A stretch of DNA of 64,000 nucleotides, taken from Eukaryota sp. GEM-RC1. Lineage: Eukaryota. This document shows, one piece after another, positions 36,223 through 48,580 of this stretch. The translations under genes were made by a program, and so were the position numbers. Numbering within the stretch: the first letter of the stretch is position 1; each line of letters opens with the position of its first letter. The stretch spans positions 2,790,001 to 2,854,000 of the forward strand of contig JAUFOQ010000002.1 of NCBI GenBank assembly GCA_040285855.1. The letters are read 5' to 3'. Below the pieces are notes generated by a model. It was given only the letters and a program-made list of their open reading frames with translations. It was not told the DNA's origin and ran no database searches.

Positions 36223-36665
36223 CAGTGTTTGAAAACCACTTGGTGCCACCCACCACCCGGGTGGCGTTGGGTGGATAATTTTGATCTTACCATCATCTTC
36301 AATCCATGACTTCCTGAATGCATACTTCGTTGTTCAACGTGTCCTGAATACAACTATTTTAACGGGAGTTATTTCTAGGCTCGGATAGGCTAATATCATC
36401 TTATTTATTTATTTTTCAGAGAATTGTTTTAATCCCAAACCTGTTCATTGTTAGTTATTTTATATCACACACTGCTAAAGTACTTTAAGTTTCATCTTAT
36501 ATGGTGTATAAAGTAGTCATTGCACCAAAACTTATGTCTCGTTCTTTAATGCCACCCGGTGACCACCCGGGTGGAAATGAAAACCACCCGGACGCCACCC
36601 GGTTCCACCCACCACCCGGGTGGCGTCCGGGTGGAAAATTTTCGAACAAAAAAATCAGTACACTG
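36223..36665. mobile_element. Probable non-autonomous TIR element with CCACCCGG arrays at both ends
   Basis: CAGTGT...ACACTG termini; GC-rich CCACCCGGGTGG clusters at 36246-36274 and 36551-36635; no TSD match. Confidence 0.5.
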
Positions 36666-36685
36666 CAGTCTGGGTAGTTAAGTCC

Positions 36686-37672
36686 ATGTCATTCTCCCTT
36701 CCCCCAGCAGAAACTATTTCCATCATTCTCAATGAACCTTGCCTCTGCAATCAAACCATTACACATACAGAAGAGTCTATTGAAGTGAACAGATTCATCC
36801 TTGCTGCTCATTCTTCTTACTTTCGATCTCTTTGGTTCTTGGAGTTTGGTGGTAGATATGTTAACCCAATCGACTTCTCCCATCTCCATATTGATTCTCA
36901 CAACTTTCTTGCCTTCATCAAATCATTCTACGGACAATCATTCACCCTCAACGAGAACAATGCTTACGACTTCTACTACCTTGTCCACTACTTCCAAGTG
37001 GACAAACTCATTGTACAGGTGGAAAATCACCTAAACACTAATCTCATGACCTGGGCTTGGCTAAAACCATTCATTGAAGAAGCAAAAGGAAAAAATGATT
37101 TAGCAGCTCTTGATTTCGTTCGTCCCTTCGTTTCCAAAATTGATGACGTGATGGCAATCACCACTGAAGGGATTAATACAATTTCTCGTTCAAGTGAGAT
37201 TCTATTTTCCCAAACTAGAAAGCATCCGCAGTTGGACCTTAGTGAAGATAGAAAGAGAGTTGATGCTAATGGAATTGATTGGCTAAGTAGAAATATCTTG
37301 GGAGAAGATCCACTTCTTCCAGGTAATGTTTATACCTGGAAGTTGAGGTATCAAGGATCTAATAGGAGTCTTGTTGTTGGAGTCATTGACGAGTCAAAGT
37401 TTAGTGTTGAAGGTCATTGTTTTGAGAATGCTCACTGTTTCCACAATTCTGGCAAAGGTGTTTTTGGTTGTCTCTCAGGAAACAAAACTCAATGGAATCC
37501 TGGTGAATTACTCGAAATCAATGTAAATTTAATCAATTACGTTTTAACAATCAAATCTGTGAGTAATTCTTCAATTAATCTTTCTGGAACACTTCCCAGG
37601 TTAAGTAGTGGTAATTATTATCCATTTGCTTATTTATGTCATAGTGATCATGTTCTTGAAATCGTTGAATAA
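36686..37672 (+). CDS. BTB/POZ domain protein with C-terminal SPRY/B30.2-like domain
   Basis: EVNRFILAAHSSYF..FIKSFYG..LVHYFQVDKL; YTWKLRY..LVVGV..GELLEINVN..YYPFAYL. Confidence 0.85.
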   Translation: MSFSLPPAETISIILNEPCLCNQTITHTEESIEVNRFILAAHSSYFRSLWFLEFGGRYVNPIDFSHLHIDSHNFLAFIKSFYGQSFTLNENNAYDFYYLVHYFQVDKLIVQVENHLNTNLMTWAWLKPFIEEAKGKNDLAALDFVRPFVSKIDDVMAITTEGINTISRSSEILFSQTRKHPQLDLSEDRKRVDANGIDWLSRNILGEDPLLPGNVYTWKLRYQGSNRSLVVGVIDESKFSVEGHCFENAHCFHNSGKGVFGCLSGNKTQWNPGELLEINVNLINYVLTIKSVSNSSINLSGTLPRLSSGNYYPFAYLCHSDHVLEIVE

Positions 37673-38529
37673 AATTGATCACATTGTCATTGTGGGTAAG
37701 TCTTCTCATTTTTAGCAGTTGCTTAATTTCATTTACTAGTATCTATTCTGAAGCTAATTCGAACGTTGATTTTGACGATAAACAACCTGAAATGAAGACG
37801 AATTTGATTGACAAATTTATAAAATATCAAGATAATTTCACCAACATTACACTTCATCCTGATCGCAAATCACGTCATCAGTAACTATATCAATTCATCA
37901 AGCAATGCATCATCAATGAATATTCTCCCCAATTATACTAATACCTGTAGTTAGATCACATTTCTATTGATCCTTGTTTGTACAATGATTAATGAAAAAC
38001 TGTATATCTGGCACTACTACAGGAAATATCATTCAGTAAAAGTCTAATTTAGAAGTCTTGTAATCACTAACAGTAAAGATGGAACAAAATTCAGCGATTC
38101 TATGATTGGAACATTTTTAATTCGTACAATGTTTTGTGAATTCAATGTTGCAATTGATTAGAATTTATGAGTTTCGAATCGTACTTCCCAACATCATCTC
38201 GAAAATTGCCTAGAATAGAATAACCAAACACTTAGATAATGTTGAATACTTCCAAAAAAGCAAGCATCAATCCACAATAATATAATAATAATTATGTTGT
38301 CAATAAAACTTGTCAGTCAAAAATAAATCCACAATATACTGATAAAATTCTTTCCATTAGAATGACTACATGTTTTTACAATTTCATAGTTTGTAGGAAG
38401 GTTACCTTATTGGGTGCCGAATAAACAATTAATTCATGTTTGGTGCATAGTTAAAAGTTGATGTGCGTAATCAAGCATATTTGATAAAAAAAATAAGTTT
38501 TATTTGAAAACACCAACTTACCACGTACA

Positions 38530-39240
38530 ATATACACTAACCAAAACTAGAAGAGACACTAGTTAAAGTATCTGAACTAAACTCCACCTGACTAGAATCA
38601 AACAATTTAGCTAACATAGAATTGAAATATCTAAACATCGACCGAAACAAAGCAAAAGTCAATCTTGATAGCCAAAATCCCGCATTAAACACCTTTCCAT
38701 ACTCTGAACACTATTGTCCAAAAGAGACTAAAAACTGTTGTGCTGAAGGACCAATATTACCATAAAGGGACATAGCAAGTGGCTGGAAAACAAAACAATT
38801 ATATCTATCTATCTAATAATTGAGTCATTATATTTTGTGTCCTTACCATTTTCAGCCGCAGTCTTGAGAGGTGAATAATTTTCATCTAGAATTTTAGAGA
38901 CTGAACTACAATTAAAGGGATTAACAGTAGTGAAATCCATAGTAATCTCTTGACACAAAATCCAAGGTGCAATTAAATCACCACGACTCTTATCAAATCT
39001 AGGCTGATCTGAGACTGCAGCCAGTAGCGGTTCAACCTTTCCATGAAAACCATTAGCTTTTACATCTCTAGACAGGTATCATCGAAGGCTATTATGGACA
39101 ATAGATCTAAAATGGATGAACTGATGACAGTTAACTAAGATGATGAAAATTGGAAGATGATGAGCGACCACAAAGACATGGAGTGCGCTTCAGGAGGCCA
39201 GAAGACAATCAACCTAACCTAAGACGCATATTGATAAGCC
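38530..39240 (-). mobile_element. Degenerate CRE-like RLE fragment (subfamily B-like)
   Basis: MRLRLG, CLCG, KANGFHGKVEPLL, SRGDLIAPW, MDFTTVNP; similar to 4353-4957. Confidence 0.8.
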
Positions 39241-39437
39241 AATCATGATCTTTGAGATACAACAGAATTTTTGGGGAAGAAAAAGTGAATATTAATATTG
39301 CGGTAGTTAGCAAGAACGACTTATTTGATAGAGATGAAGATTCGGTTTAAGACAGACGGACATGGAGGACTTGTTAGTTTCGTTTGTTCACAAACCGTCT
39401 TCTCTCACGCTTCATTGACGACGATTCACAATCTTAC

Positions 39438-40671
39438 ATGACTTTTCAACTCTCTCTCTTAAAGAATGATGATTCAACTGGTGTATCGTTACTTTCGTTT
39501 CCCACCAATGCGCCTAAATCAGCCTTTGTAGATTCTGACAGTACCTCATACATGGAATTTAATCGTTACGCCACAAATCCTGCTTCTCGTAAACGTCGCT
39601 CTAAAGTCCTAGTCGCTGCTAGAAGTGATGACCAATTCTTCTTAGGAAATACCACATCTTCAATATCTAGTCATCCTTTCACATATGCCGTTGGTCACGT
39701 TGACCTCTCCATGAAGAAGATCAACGTATACCCTGTGGAACAAGTCATCCCAATGACTCCACAGTTAAAATCCCATCTAAAGGAAGACTCTGCCGTATCA
39801 AAACGTGATCGTCTTCAAGAACTTGTTAGTACTTTCGGATCACGACGTCGTAAACAGGATCTGAAGGCCAAGATCGCCAATACCTTAGACGAATCAAGCA
39901 TGGACCACTCAGCTGAACTCGTGGAAGAACTCGCTGAGAATCTTGACGCCTCCCCTAACTGAAGTCGATCCCGAAGCACTCGCCAGACTTCTACTACCTC
40001 CCTTTGACAAGGAAACTGAGGAAGTCAGCCGGATTTACCCTGCGGAGACTCTATGTTCTGAGCAAGCTTGGAATGAGATTCCGTACATGTGGGTCTTTGA
40101 AGAAGTTCAAAGTGACGAGGAAGCCCCGTGGTGTGATTTGATTGCGTCCTATCTACCAGAGTTCACTAAACTCGACGTTACCGTCCCTAAGAACGAATCT
40201 AGAGTTAAAGTTCTAGTCCTCCTCGAGTTTCTCATTAGGTTACTTGGCTGTCACTTCACAGATCTACGGTCGCCTAAAGTCCTGCGACAGATCTTAGGAG
40301 AACCTCCAGCTGCTGTCTACTCTTGGTTAGTTGATAATTTCCTAGGTGAAGCTCGTAAAACACGTCAGCATGGTTCAGTTCTAAAGTCTTGGCAACAGGG
40401 TTTTTTCTTTGGTCAGGAAGGTAAGTCTAAAGCCCAGCTGCTTGCTGCTATTCTATACATGCATATCAACGACTTCTCTTGTGATCCATCGCCTCTGTGT
40501 GCTGCTATTAAGGTTTCGTTATCCACAGGACTCTTTATTTTTAAGCAGATTGGGTGTAAGGTTCGGGTTGTGACTGAAGGAATAGGTAAGACCAGTTCAG
40601 CAGTTTTAGTAGCACCGTTAGTTCTGCCGGATAACTATAACACTGGTAGGAAATTCAAACGTCAGCGGTAG
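39438..40671 (+). CDS. RPA49: RNA polymerase I subunit A49 (RPA49/PAF53); apparent +1 frameshift near 39952-39955
   Basis: YAVGHVD, LVSTFGSRRRK, LLPPFDKE....IYP, FKQIGCK, AVLVAPL.LP. Confidence 0.8.
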
Positions 40672-41409
40672 TATTTGTTTAGTTTTTCTTTAGGTTTTTG
40701 TTATTCTTGTAGGGATTCAAAAACATATTCTGTTATTTTATTTATTGTAATAAATATCGATAGTAACAATTTATTCATTTCAATGCATGTACTGTGTGAA
40801 GGTACACATATTCCTTGAAGAACTGATAATATGTTAACTTTGTGTTTGTTTTCGACTGTTTCACTGAGTTACATGAATTCACTATATTGATCTCACATTC
40901 ATAATACATGTACATACACCGCATATTGTTAGGACATCATTTATCAACTCTAGAAATAAAACTTGTATTTATGTTTCAGAACGTTTGATCAATAGGATGC
41001 ATAGGAAAATTTATAATGATAGTCACTGTTTTGATCATCACTAGGTTTTTGATAACGTGGATGAAGATGAAGACTTTTCGGAAACTGTCGAATAGACTAT
41101 ATTTACAATGTCATCGGATTACATTGAGATGATCAACAAGGAGAATCTATAGTGCGGAAGATCAAAGCCTTTTTTAAAGTTGTCTTTCTTTCATTATAAG
41201 ATTTTTCTTCAGAGAGTTGCAAAGATTGTCGAGTTTAGATATAATGACGCTTGTTCCTGTGGAGAAGGTGGAGTGAGACGATAACAGAACCTCTTGACGA
41301 TTGATCAGAGACTCCATTTGCATAGCTGGGATGTGTCTAGAGAGAGAACATACATAAATCATTTATTGAATCAGTGGACATGGGAGAGATGGAACGCAGG
41401 CAAAAAAAC

Positions 41410-42015
41410 TTACAATGCATCTTCAAATCCATCACCCTCTTCTGGTTCTTCTTCATAATTGATAGTATGGTCCTTCAACTCTGGCCTTTCTCTTCTCAAT
41501 CGCTCGTTTTGAGTTCGAGTAAGTCTATCAATGTAGTCTGGGTCTAGTGAAGAACCCTCTGGTGCTCTAATGTTGATTCCTGATTTCGTATTGGAACAGA
41601 GATTCATCCAGGGTTCCATGATCTTCTTGGTGAATTCCAACTTGATGGCTTGTTCCTTTAGTTTAGGCTCTGCCAACATCCATTGTACTGTATCAGAAAT
41701 AGCATGTTCAATAGTCCACACAAATGGAAACTCTTTGGCTCGCCGTATAGCTGTATGCTCAGATATTCCGGAAACAGTATCGCAGATGTTTCGGGCGGTT
41801 GTATCCATGATATCCGCAACAATAACTCCAAATAAATCACAGACTGTTCTGCCATTGACATTTGAAGGGAAATCTCGTTTTGCTGTTGTACGGCACACTT
41901 TTCGAGCATAGTCAGCTAAGTCCTGATAGTCTTCTACGTCAGCTATGGAAGATAGGGAAAAACAAGATGGAAGTATAACAAGTAGAGCAACTATGGCCCA
42001 TAAAGTTCGTGTCAT
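41410..42015 (-). CDS. Hypothetical secretory-pathway protein
   Basis: Signal peptide from ATG 42015; 4 Cys in mature region; acidic tail ending EDAL (KDEL-like). Confidence 0.7.
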   Translation of the reverse strand: MTRTLWAIVALLVILPSCFSLSSIADVEDYQDLADYARKVCRTTAKRDFPSNVNGRTVCDLFGVIVADIMDTTARNICDTVSGISEHTAIRRAKEFPFVWTIEHAISDTVQWMLAEPKLKEQAIKLEFTKKIMEPWMNLCSNTKSGINIRAPEGSSLDPDYIDRLTRTQNERLRRERPELKDHTINYEEEPEEGDGFEDAL

Positions 42016-43518
42016 TTTCGAAGAGGTTGGAAAAGTGGAGATTTCAACATTCAAAACTTAGACTTTTTGTGCTTATTGCCGGAACGTGGGTTTAAACTAC
42101 CTCATGACTCTGCTATGTCAACAGTAGCGTTATGCACACATTGAGTACTTAATTGGTATATTTCTCTGCATAATCTAATCCGTTGATCAATTTCAACAAC
42201 TGGTGAAATTTCGCCAATGATGTTGCTTAAACATATACTCCATGTTGGGGAAGCAGGTACATTTGTATCTCGTTAATTCCATTCTTAGTTTGGACATAAT
42301 ACTCTACTTACTGCTTTCATAAACAGAGTATATTATTAGAATAGTTGAGGAAGTACCAATATACAGACATCTTGATGCGAAACTAAATTGATGAGTAAAC
42401 TTGTGGAACCAGTATTGTGTTAAATACGGTGTTGTTGTCGGAATGGAAATTTAAAGATACTGAATTAGACACTGAAAGAAATAACATAATAAGGCGGGCT
42501 GATAAGTGAAGAGAAATGGATCCAGAAAAAGGCAAGACTAAAAAAAACAACAGAAAAAAACATGCACTTCATAATCTTATTCATCATTCATGGACTTCTT
42601 CTTGCTCCCATCGTTCCGTAGCAGACGTCGTTCCCTCATGTGATGTTCTTCATATGATCACTCTTTGTATTCTTTCAACCATCTTTTCCCTCCCCGTCTT
42701 TGTCTTTGTCTTTGTCTTGTCGTACTTGTTAGTACTCCATCATTTACTTCCAGAATTGATAGGTGTTCTTCTTAATACACGTATCCTTCCTCAGCCTTTG
42801 ATTATTAGTGATCATTTACTGGTTCTATTCAAGTACTGTTTATTTTTCTCGAATAATCTTATGCTTGCCAACCTCTAGTTGATTTTCTACTTTTGGATTT
42901 GGTGCTTACCTTATTATTTCCTTTCTTAATTGTATTGATTATTATACTGATTGATATTAGTTGATTGGCCGCTTTTATTGTCTCTTTTGTTGTGATTGTT
43001 CCTCAATCAGCAATTATCCTTTAGTTTAAATTCCAATACATGATGATGAAAGTAAATTTCATCATTTACTTTTGAAAACGGTGGTTTTAGCATTATGTAT
43101 GTGGTGTTCTTTTTTAGTTGTATTTAATCTTGATGACTAATTGACAACAAATCACTAAACAGTTTTTAGAAGTGAGATGGTGTCAAAGTAAGTTGTTTTA
43201 AATCATGTACACTTCTTTTAGGCAACAAAGTGGTTATTTCCAAAAAGATACTGGTTGACTGCTTGAAATCCAACACATGGCGTGTTTACTTCTGTATTTC
43301 CATGGGTCCCATCATAATGTTTAAATCTAAATGAGATTTCATCAATAAAGACCAGCTGAGAAACAGTTTGGAACAATTCCTTCTGCCTGTCGGGAATAAG
43401 CGTATTGCTTACAAATCGTTTGACAAACAACATCAGTCTATACCAAATACTGAGAAATACTGATTTTTCCACTTAATGAATGGTAACAAGAGAGCTTTCT
43501 TGGAATGTTGGATGGCTA

Positions 43519-43920
43519 TTACTGTGTTCTTTGATTATTAGGTGCACATGATGAAAAACTCGGAGAGAAAAGCATCAATCGATGCACATTCTTAGGTAAC
43601 AAAGAACAATGTTTTTCAGACAGACAAGAGACACACGTTTTGTTACACAGTTTGCAGATTTTTTGAATAGCATTGGGCGAAATGTCAGGGGGCAAAGGCC
43701 GAGAGTTATGTTCACAAGTAATGGATGTCTCATCAGGGAGATTTTGTTGAACATTAGAAATCTCAGCAACAGCAGCCTTAACAGTTGGATCAATGAGAGT
43801 TGCTTTACGCTGAGGACGAGTGATGTTAGTATGCCCTGTGACTTTACAAATCGAAGAAGTCGATGTAGAACCTTTAGGGCGACCTCTTGAAGGCTTAGAT
43901 GAAAGAGATGAAGAAGGCAT
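43519..43920 (-). pseudogene. Possible Mutator transposase C-terminal remnant
   Basis: RGRPKG followed by degenerate knuckle ICKVTGHTNIT; fragmented neighbouring frames. Confidence 0.3.
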
Positions 43921-44920
43921 AAGAAGTCATGAAAGTGAGAAATAATAACAGTATTGTTTTGATTTTGCAGCACGTTGTGCATTTCAATCTACCACCAAAA
44001 GAACTATTCCAAAAAAGTTGACGCGACACTGCTAAAGCTCGTCAGGTCGGTAAGTATATGGGTAAATCAAGTTTGCTGTTCAAATACATATGTGATGTTA
44101 TCGATTTCAATTAACTAGCACAATTAAGAAGAAGGACCGGCTATCTAGTACATCATTAAACCCATAGTTCCAAGTCAGAAGTCTTCAAAAGTCTTCAAAA
44201 GGATTCACCTCAATGTTGGACAGAAAATGTTTACACTCTGTTCATCTCCTTTACGTCTCCATGATGATAGACAAAGAACTGCTTGAATACTTTTTGGTGA
44301 CAACATTGACCTTCTCTTATTCACTACCAGTCCAGCTTTTGAAAACAATTGTTCACATGAAACTGAAGCGGCTTGAGCGGTCAATGTGTCAAGAGCAAAT
44401 CGTACAACTGTTGGAAAGTGGGGAGTGTTCTTTGCCTAGGAGACCAACATTCCATTATTGATTTTTTAATTCATATATTCTCAATAAAATGCTAACTTAA
44501 ATAGAAGAATGTTCTGTGTTGAGAAAAGATAACGAGGGAACTAATGATACATTCAGTTCTTTTTGCTACATCATAAGATATTATTTAATGGTGTCGAACA
44601 ATCATGACGGGTCAGGACGCAAACGTCATCCAGAATTGTCGTCTTTGTTGTTTGTATTTAGTCAGTCTTGTATAGTTAGGTCGTATCGTAAAAAATTGAA
44701 AGTAAAAGAAGAAGAAACAAGAAGAATAGATCTGTCTTTACAATATTTGAAAAAACTCTATTAAAATTTCGAAAGCTCTAATAGCTCTCAGCATTTTCGA
44801 CGAAGAAAAAGCTGATATGAGTTTTAATCAGGCGTGTGAAAATATATTGTTTATTGTTTTCGATAAATATACATATATTGTTATTGTTGTCGAAAACAAT
44901 AAATATATATATCATATTTA

Positions 44921-45405
44921 GAGAATTATTACGCATGTCCCCTCTCAATTTTAGGCATGTCCCTTAATTTCTTTTTTTCACCTTAACTTTCATTGAGCTC
45001 TTACAAAGATGCTCATATGGAATAAAATTGTCGTTTAGGGACCGTCGAAGTTAAAGGAGTGACCATGGGAGAAACGAAGCAGAGAAGCAGTCACAAACCG
45101 TCTTCTTGGCCTTGTTGAAGAAGATCACTGGTTCTAGAAAGATATTATTCACTTCTGTCACATACAAAACGACAAGAAGTTTCAGGACTGCGAGTCGTGA
45201 TCAGTGAGTTTCAGATAAGAGTTATCAGATATCCATTTCTGACATTCACTGACAGCATTCTCTAAAGCAATGATGCGTTCAGACATACATTATAGATCAA
45301 AGAACAGAAGGTACACGTAAAACTCTTGGACTTTATGACAAACAAGAAAGGAATGAAATTAGGCGACATCCCTAAAATTGGGAGGGGACATGCATAATAA
45401 TTCTC
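44921..45405. mobile_element. Mutator-like MITE
   Basis: About 50-bp TIR starting GAGAATTATTA; flanks CATATTTA/TATATTTA. Confidence 0.8.
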
Positions 45406-45864
45406 TATATTTATTGTCAATAAATATTGGTTAATTTTATTTAGTTTCTATGTATCAATAATGAGACAAGAACAGCTCTAACATTTTTTATGATATATCA
45501 AATGTTCCTCAGACTCGTCATCGTCCTAAAGGAGCTCAATAGATTGTGTCGTGAATAAGACTCTGATTGAAGATACTTTTTGGAGTAACTCCAATTACAC
45601 AACAACAGAACAGTTTGGGTTTCCGTCGTAATCAGCAGGACAAATCGTATCAAGTACATATTTGAAAAGTAGTGGGTAACAATTTCCTTATGTACAGACA
45701 TAAAGAAGACTCAGATAGTTTTGTATCGTGCTCAGCAACCTCCAATCAATCACTTTACACTGTATTTCTTCAAAAATAGCACAATGTATTGCTGTAAAAA
45801 CAGACAAAATAGAATACCAAGATATTTAAATATATTGCAATAATATTGTTTATTGTTTCGACCA

Positions 45865-46576
45865 TTTTATTGTAACTCCTACACATTTATTGAATTGTAA
45901 CCGTTTTATTTCTTTTAGAAGTAAGGTTCATGATTCAGTAAGGAATCAATTATATTGTATCTGTAAATCTTATGGAATAGTTTTCTTTTTAGAACCAGTT
46001 CTGGCTGGTTTGTTTGATGATACAGATGTTGACAAATCGTTTGGAAACAGCCGTGGTGATGTCATATTTCCATATTTCCTGGTCTTGATGGATCTTTCAT
46101 TATTGCTGATGTTATGTCCATCGATGTTTGTAATGATTCCACCAAGAAACTTGCTAAATCTAATGCTAAAAACCCCTTGTTGATTGGTGAAAAATATAAA
46201 ATGCAAAAATATTGTGCTAAATTGAAATTATTGAATTCGACTTCACACTCGAATTACTTGTTGTACCCATTTGTATTTTCACTGTACGGTTCTTTAGGTG
46301 AATCTGCAACATCATTACTTGAAATCTTTGTGAAGATTGTAAAAGAAAAAACATCTAGGACTTTTGATCTTAGATTTTGGAAAAATCGAATCGTGTTTGC
46401 TATCTTTATATGTATGGTGACTTCTGTATCTAGCGCCTCATTATCTCTTGGCAGACATTATGAGGATAAGGTAGGTGAAAATTTCCAGTTAGGCAATCTG
46501 GACTTTGAGGATATTGATTATTAGATGTATGTACACTGTAGTGTTGTTGTCAATAAAAACACGATAACTAAAAAAA
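45865..46576 (+). mobile_element. 5'-truncated CRE-like RLE retrotransposon (divergent subfamily)
   Basis: HLLNC..HDSVRNQL, EPVL, SRGDV, GEKYKMQKY, PFVFSLYGSLG; A-tail; 11-bp TSD TGTTTCGACCA (45854-45864, 46577-46587). Confidence 0.88.
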
Positions 46577-46769
46577 TGTTTCGACCAACAATAAATATAT
46601 TGTCGGTAAATCACAGAACAATAAATAAATAAATAGGTATTGCAATAAATACAATATAAATATATTTTTTCTCACCCCTGGTTTTAATACACTGAATGTA
46701 GATGGTACAATAAGTACTAGCTTGATGACTGACATCTTTATTAAATACAAATGTGGAAAATTATGTATT

Positions 46770-46975
46770 TTTACGTTGATTACAAAAATGCGTTCCATTG
46801 TGTTTATCGTTCACAGATTCACTTGGAACTGTTAGATCATTTTCCTGAATTACTGTCCTATTTTGAAATTATGTACGGTCATTCATCTTCATTAATTTTT
46901 CACGAACATACAATTTCATCCACTCGTGGTGTGAAACAAGGTGATCCTTTGGGCCCTTTTTCTTTTCTGTTTGCC
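46770..46975 (+). mobile_element. Reverse transcriptase fragment, CRE-like
   Basis: VDYKNAFHCVYR..MYGHSSSL..ISSTRGVKQGDPLGP. Confidence 0.85.
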
Positions 46976-47049
46976 GTCCGCAAATTCTCAAGCAGTCAGT
47001 TTGTTTGCAGTGAAAATAGGTTCTGGTAGTCACTTTTGCGTCAAATAAC

Positions 47050-48047
47050 TGCCATGGTGGATTTGGCAATTCCTCTACGTGTTCAATACCAATTAGGAAT
47101 TATTCATCAAGCATCACAACTACCAAGTTGTGTAAGTTTCAAAAATGATTCAGAACTCTGTCAAAATTTAAATCCATCTCAAAGAAAGGCAATTGAAGAA
47201 ATTAGTAAATTGCATGTAACTTCACCTGGTTTATATGTGATTCATGGAGCACCTGGTACAGGGAAAACAACGACCATTGTCAAAATAATTATGTCTTTCT
47301 TGTCTAACAAATGTAAGGTTTGGATAGCTGCTCCATCGAACAATGCAGTTGATGTGATATTAGCCAAATTAGTTGATGAACAGTCAGTTGATAAAGAAAA
47401 ATTAATGTGAATAAGTTCTCAATTACATCCTTTGCCAGAAGTCCAACCATATCTGTTAAGTACAAAGTTAGAAGAAAAACAAGCTAAAGAAGAAGCTCAA
47501 AAGAATTATTAGATCAACAAGCAGTTAGACTTCCTCGACTGAAACAACCACGAAGGAATATTTTGCATGGTCAGCCACTTATCACCACACCTGCTTCTTG
47601 AAATGATGAACATTCTTGGATTTTAGTTACAGAAATCAAGGTATTTTTGAACCACAACTTTTAATTATTGATGAGGCCTGCCAGTCAACTGAGCCTGAAC
47701 TAGTGGCTGCGTTACGAATTTGTAATGAATTCACAACCATTGTAATTGTTGGAGATCATAAACAATTACCCCCTGTAGTAATCAATCAAAACTCAGGGTT
47801 GTCCAAGTCTTTGATGGAAAGATTGATTGATCAATCAGATTTGGCACATCACTTTGATATGGAACGCTACACACTATTGAATCCACAACATCGTCAATTC
47901 TCAGAATTGTGGGGATTTTCAAGTTCAACGTTTTACAGTGAAGCACAAAATTGGAAGAAAAACAAGATTCAGAAGCCATTAAAGCCATGCTTTGTATTTC
48001 GTTTTTGTGCTACAATCACTACGTCATTTGATCCTTATGAAAATTGA
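47050..48047 (+). pseudogene. UPF1/DNA2-like SF1 helicase pseudogene
   Basis: LNPSQ, IHGAPGTGKTTT, AAPSNNAVD, IIDEACQSTEPE, VGDHKQLPPVV, SLMERL; internal stops and truncation. Confidence 0.85.
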
Positions 48048-48099
48048 ACCTGTTTTGAAGGAGAAGGAATGAAGCAGGATCAGTCACTAACAAGTAATG

Positions 48100-48222
48100 A
48101 ATTGGTATCAAAAAGCTGCTGATTTGGGAACTTTTAATTCTTGAATAGAGTTTCAATCACTTCTTATGTATTAGCCACATATCGGGAGGAATTGTTCACC
48201 ATGACATTAAACCAGAAACCTT
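48100..48222 (+). pseudogene. Protein kinase remnant
   Basis: GGIVHHDIKPE catalytic-loop-like motif preceded by AADLGT. Confidence 0.5.
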
Positions 48223-48580
48223 CAGAGGTTAAATCCTGGGTAGAGCTGTTTGTAGTCCAAGATCTAGCTTAAATGTCTACAATTTAAGACAATTGCTCAG
48301 TGGCTTAATAAATAACATATAGGAAGGTTTTAATATCTCTCAAGAGGATCTTGCGTCCCTTTATCATTGCTTGTTCAGTCATGCGGTCCCTGCAACATAA
48401 GTTTTCCGTAAAGTAATCAATTGATGAAGTACTGTGATAGAAGAAGTTAGAGTGGAAATTTCATTTTACAATGATTGCAAAGGTTTTTAGGGTGTCCAAA
48501 AGAAATTAAAAAAAAGACTTAAATGTACTTAAATAGGTAGATTTTCAAGTGTACATTAGGATTGAACAAATATATAACTA

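Larger units (their letters stand above)
44829..46680. mobile_element. hAT element hosting two nested insertions
   Basis: TIR CAGG(C/G)GTG(T/A)GAAAA; perfect 8-bp TSD GTTTTAAT; ACAATAAATATA subterminal repeats. Confidence 0.85.

Noticed and set aside
39921..39964. Intron explaining the RPA49 frameshift (ends CTAACTGAAG)
   Set aside because: No GT at a frame-restoring distance; the nearest GT gives 44 nt and the wrong phase
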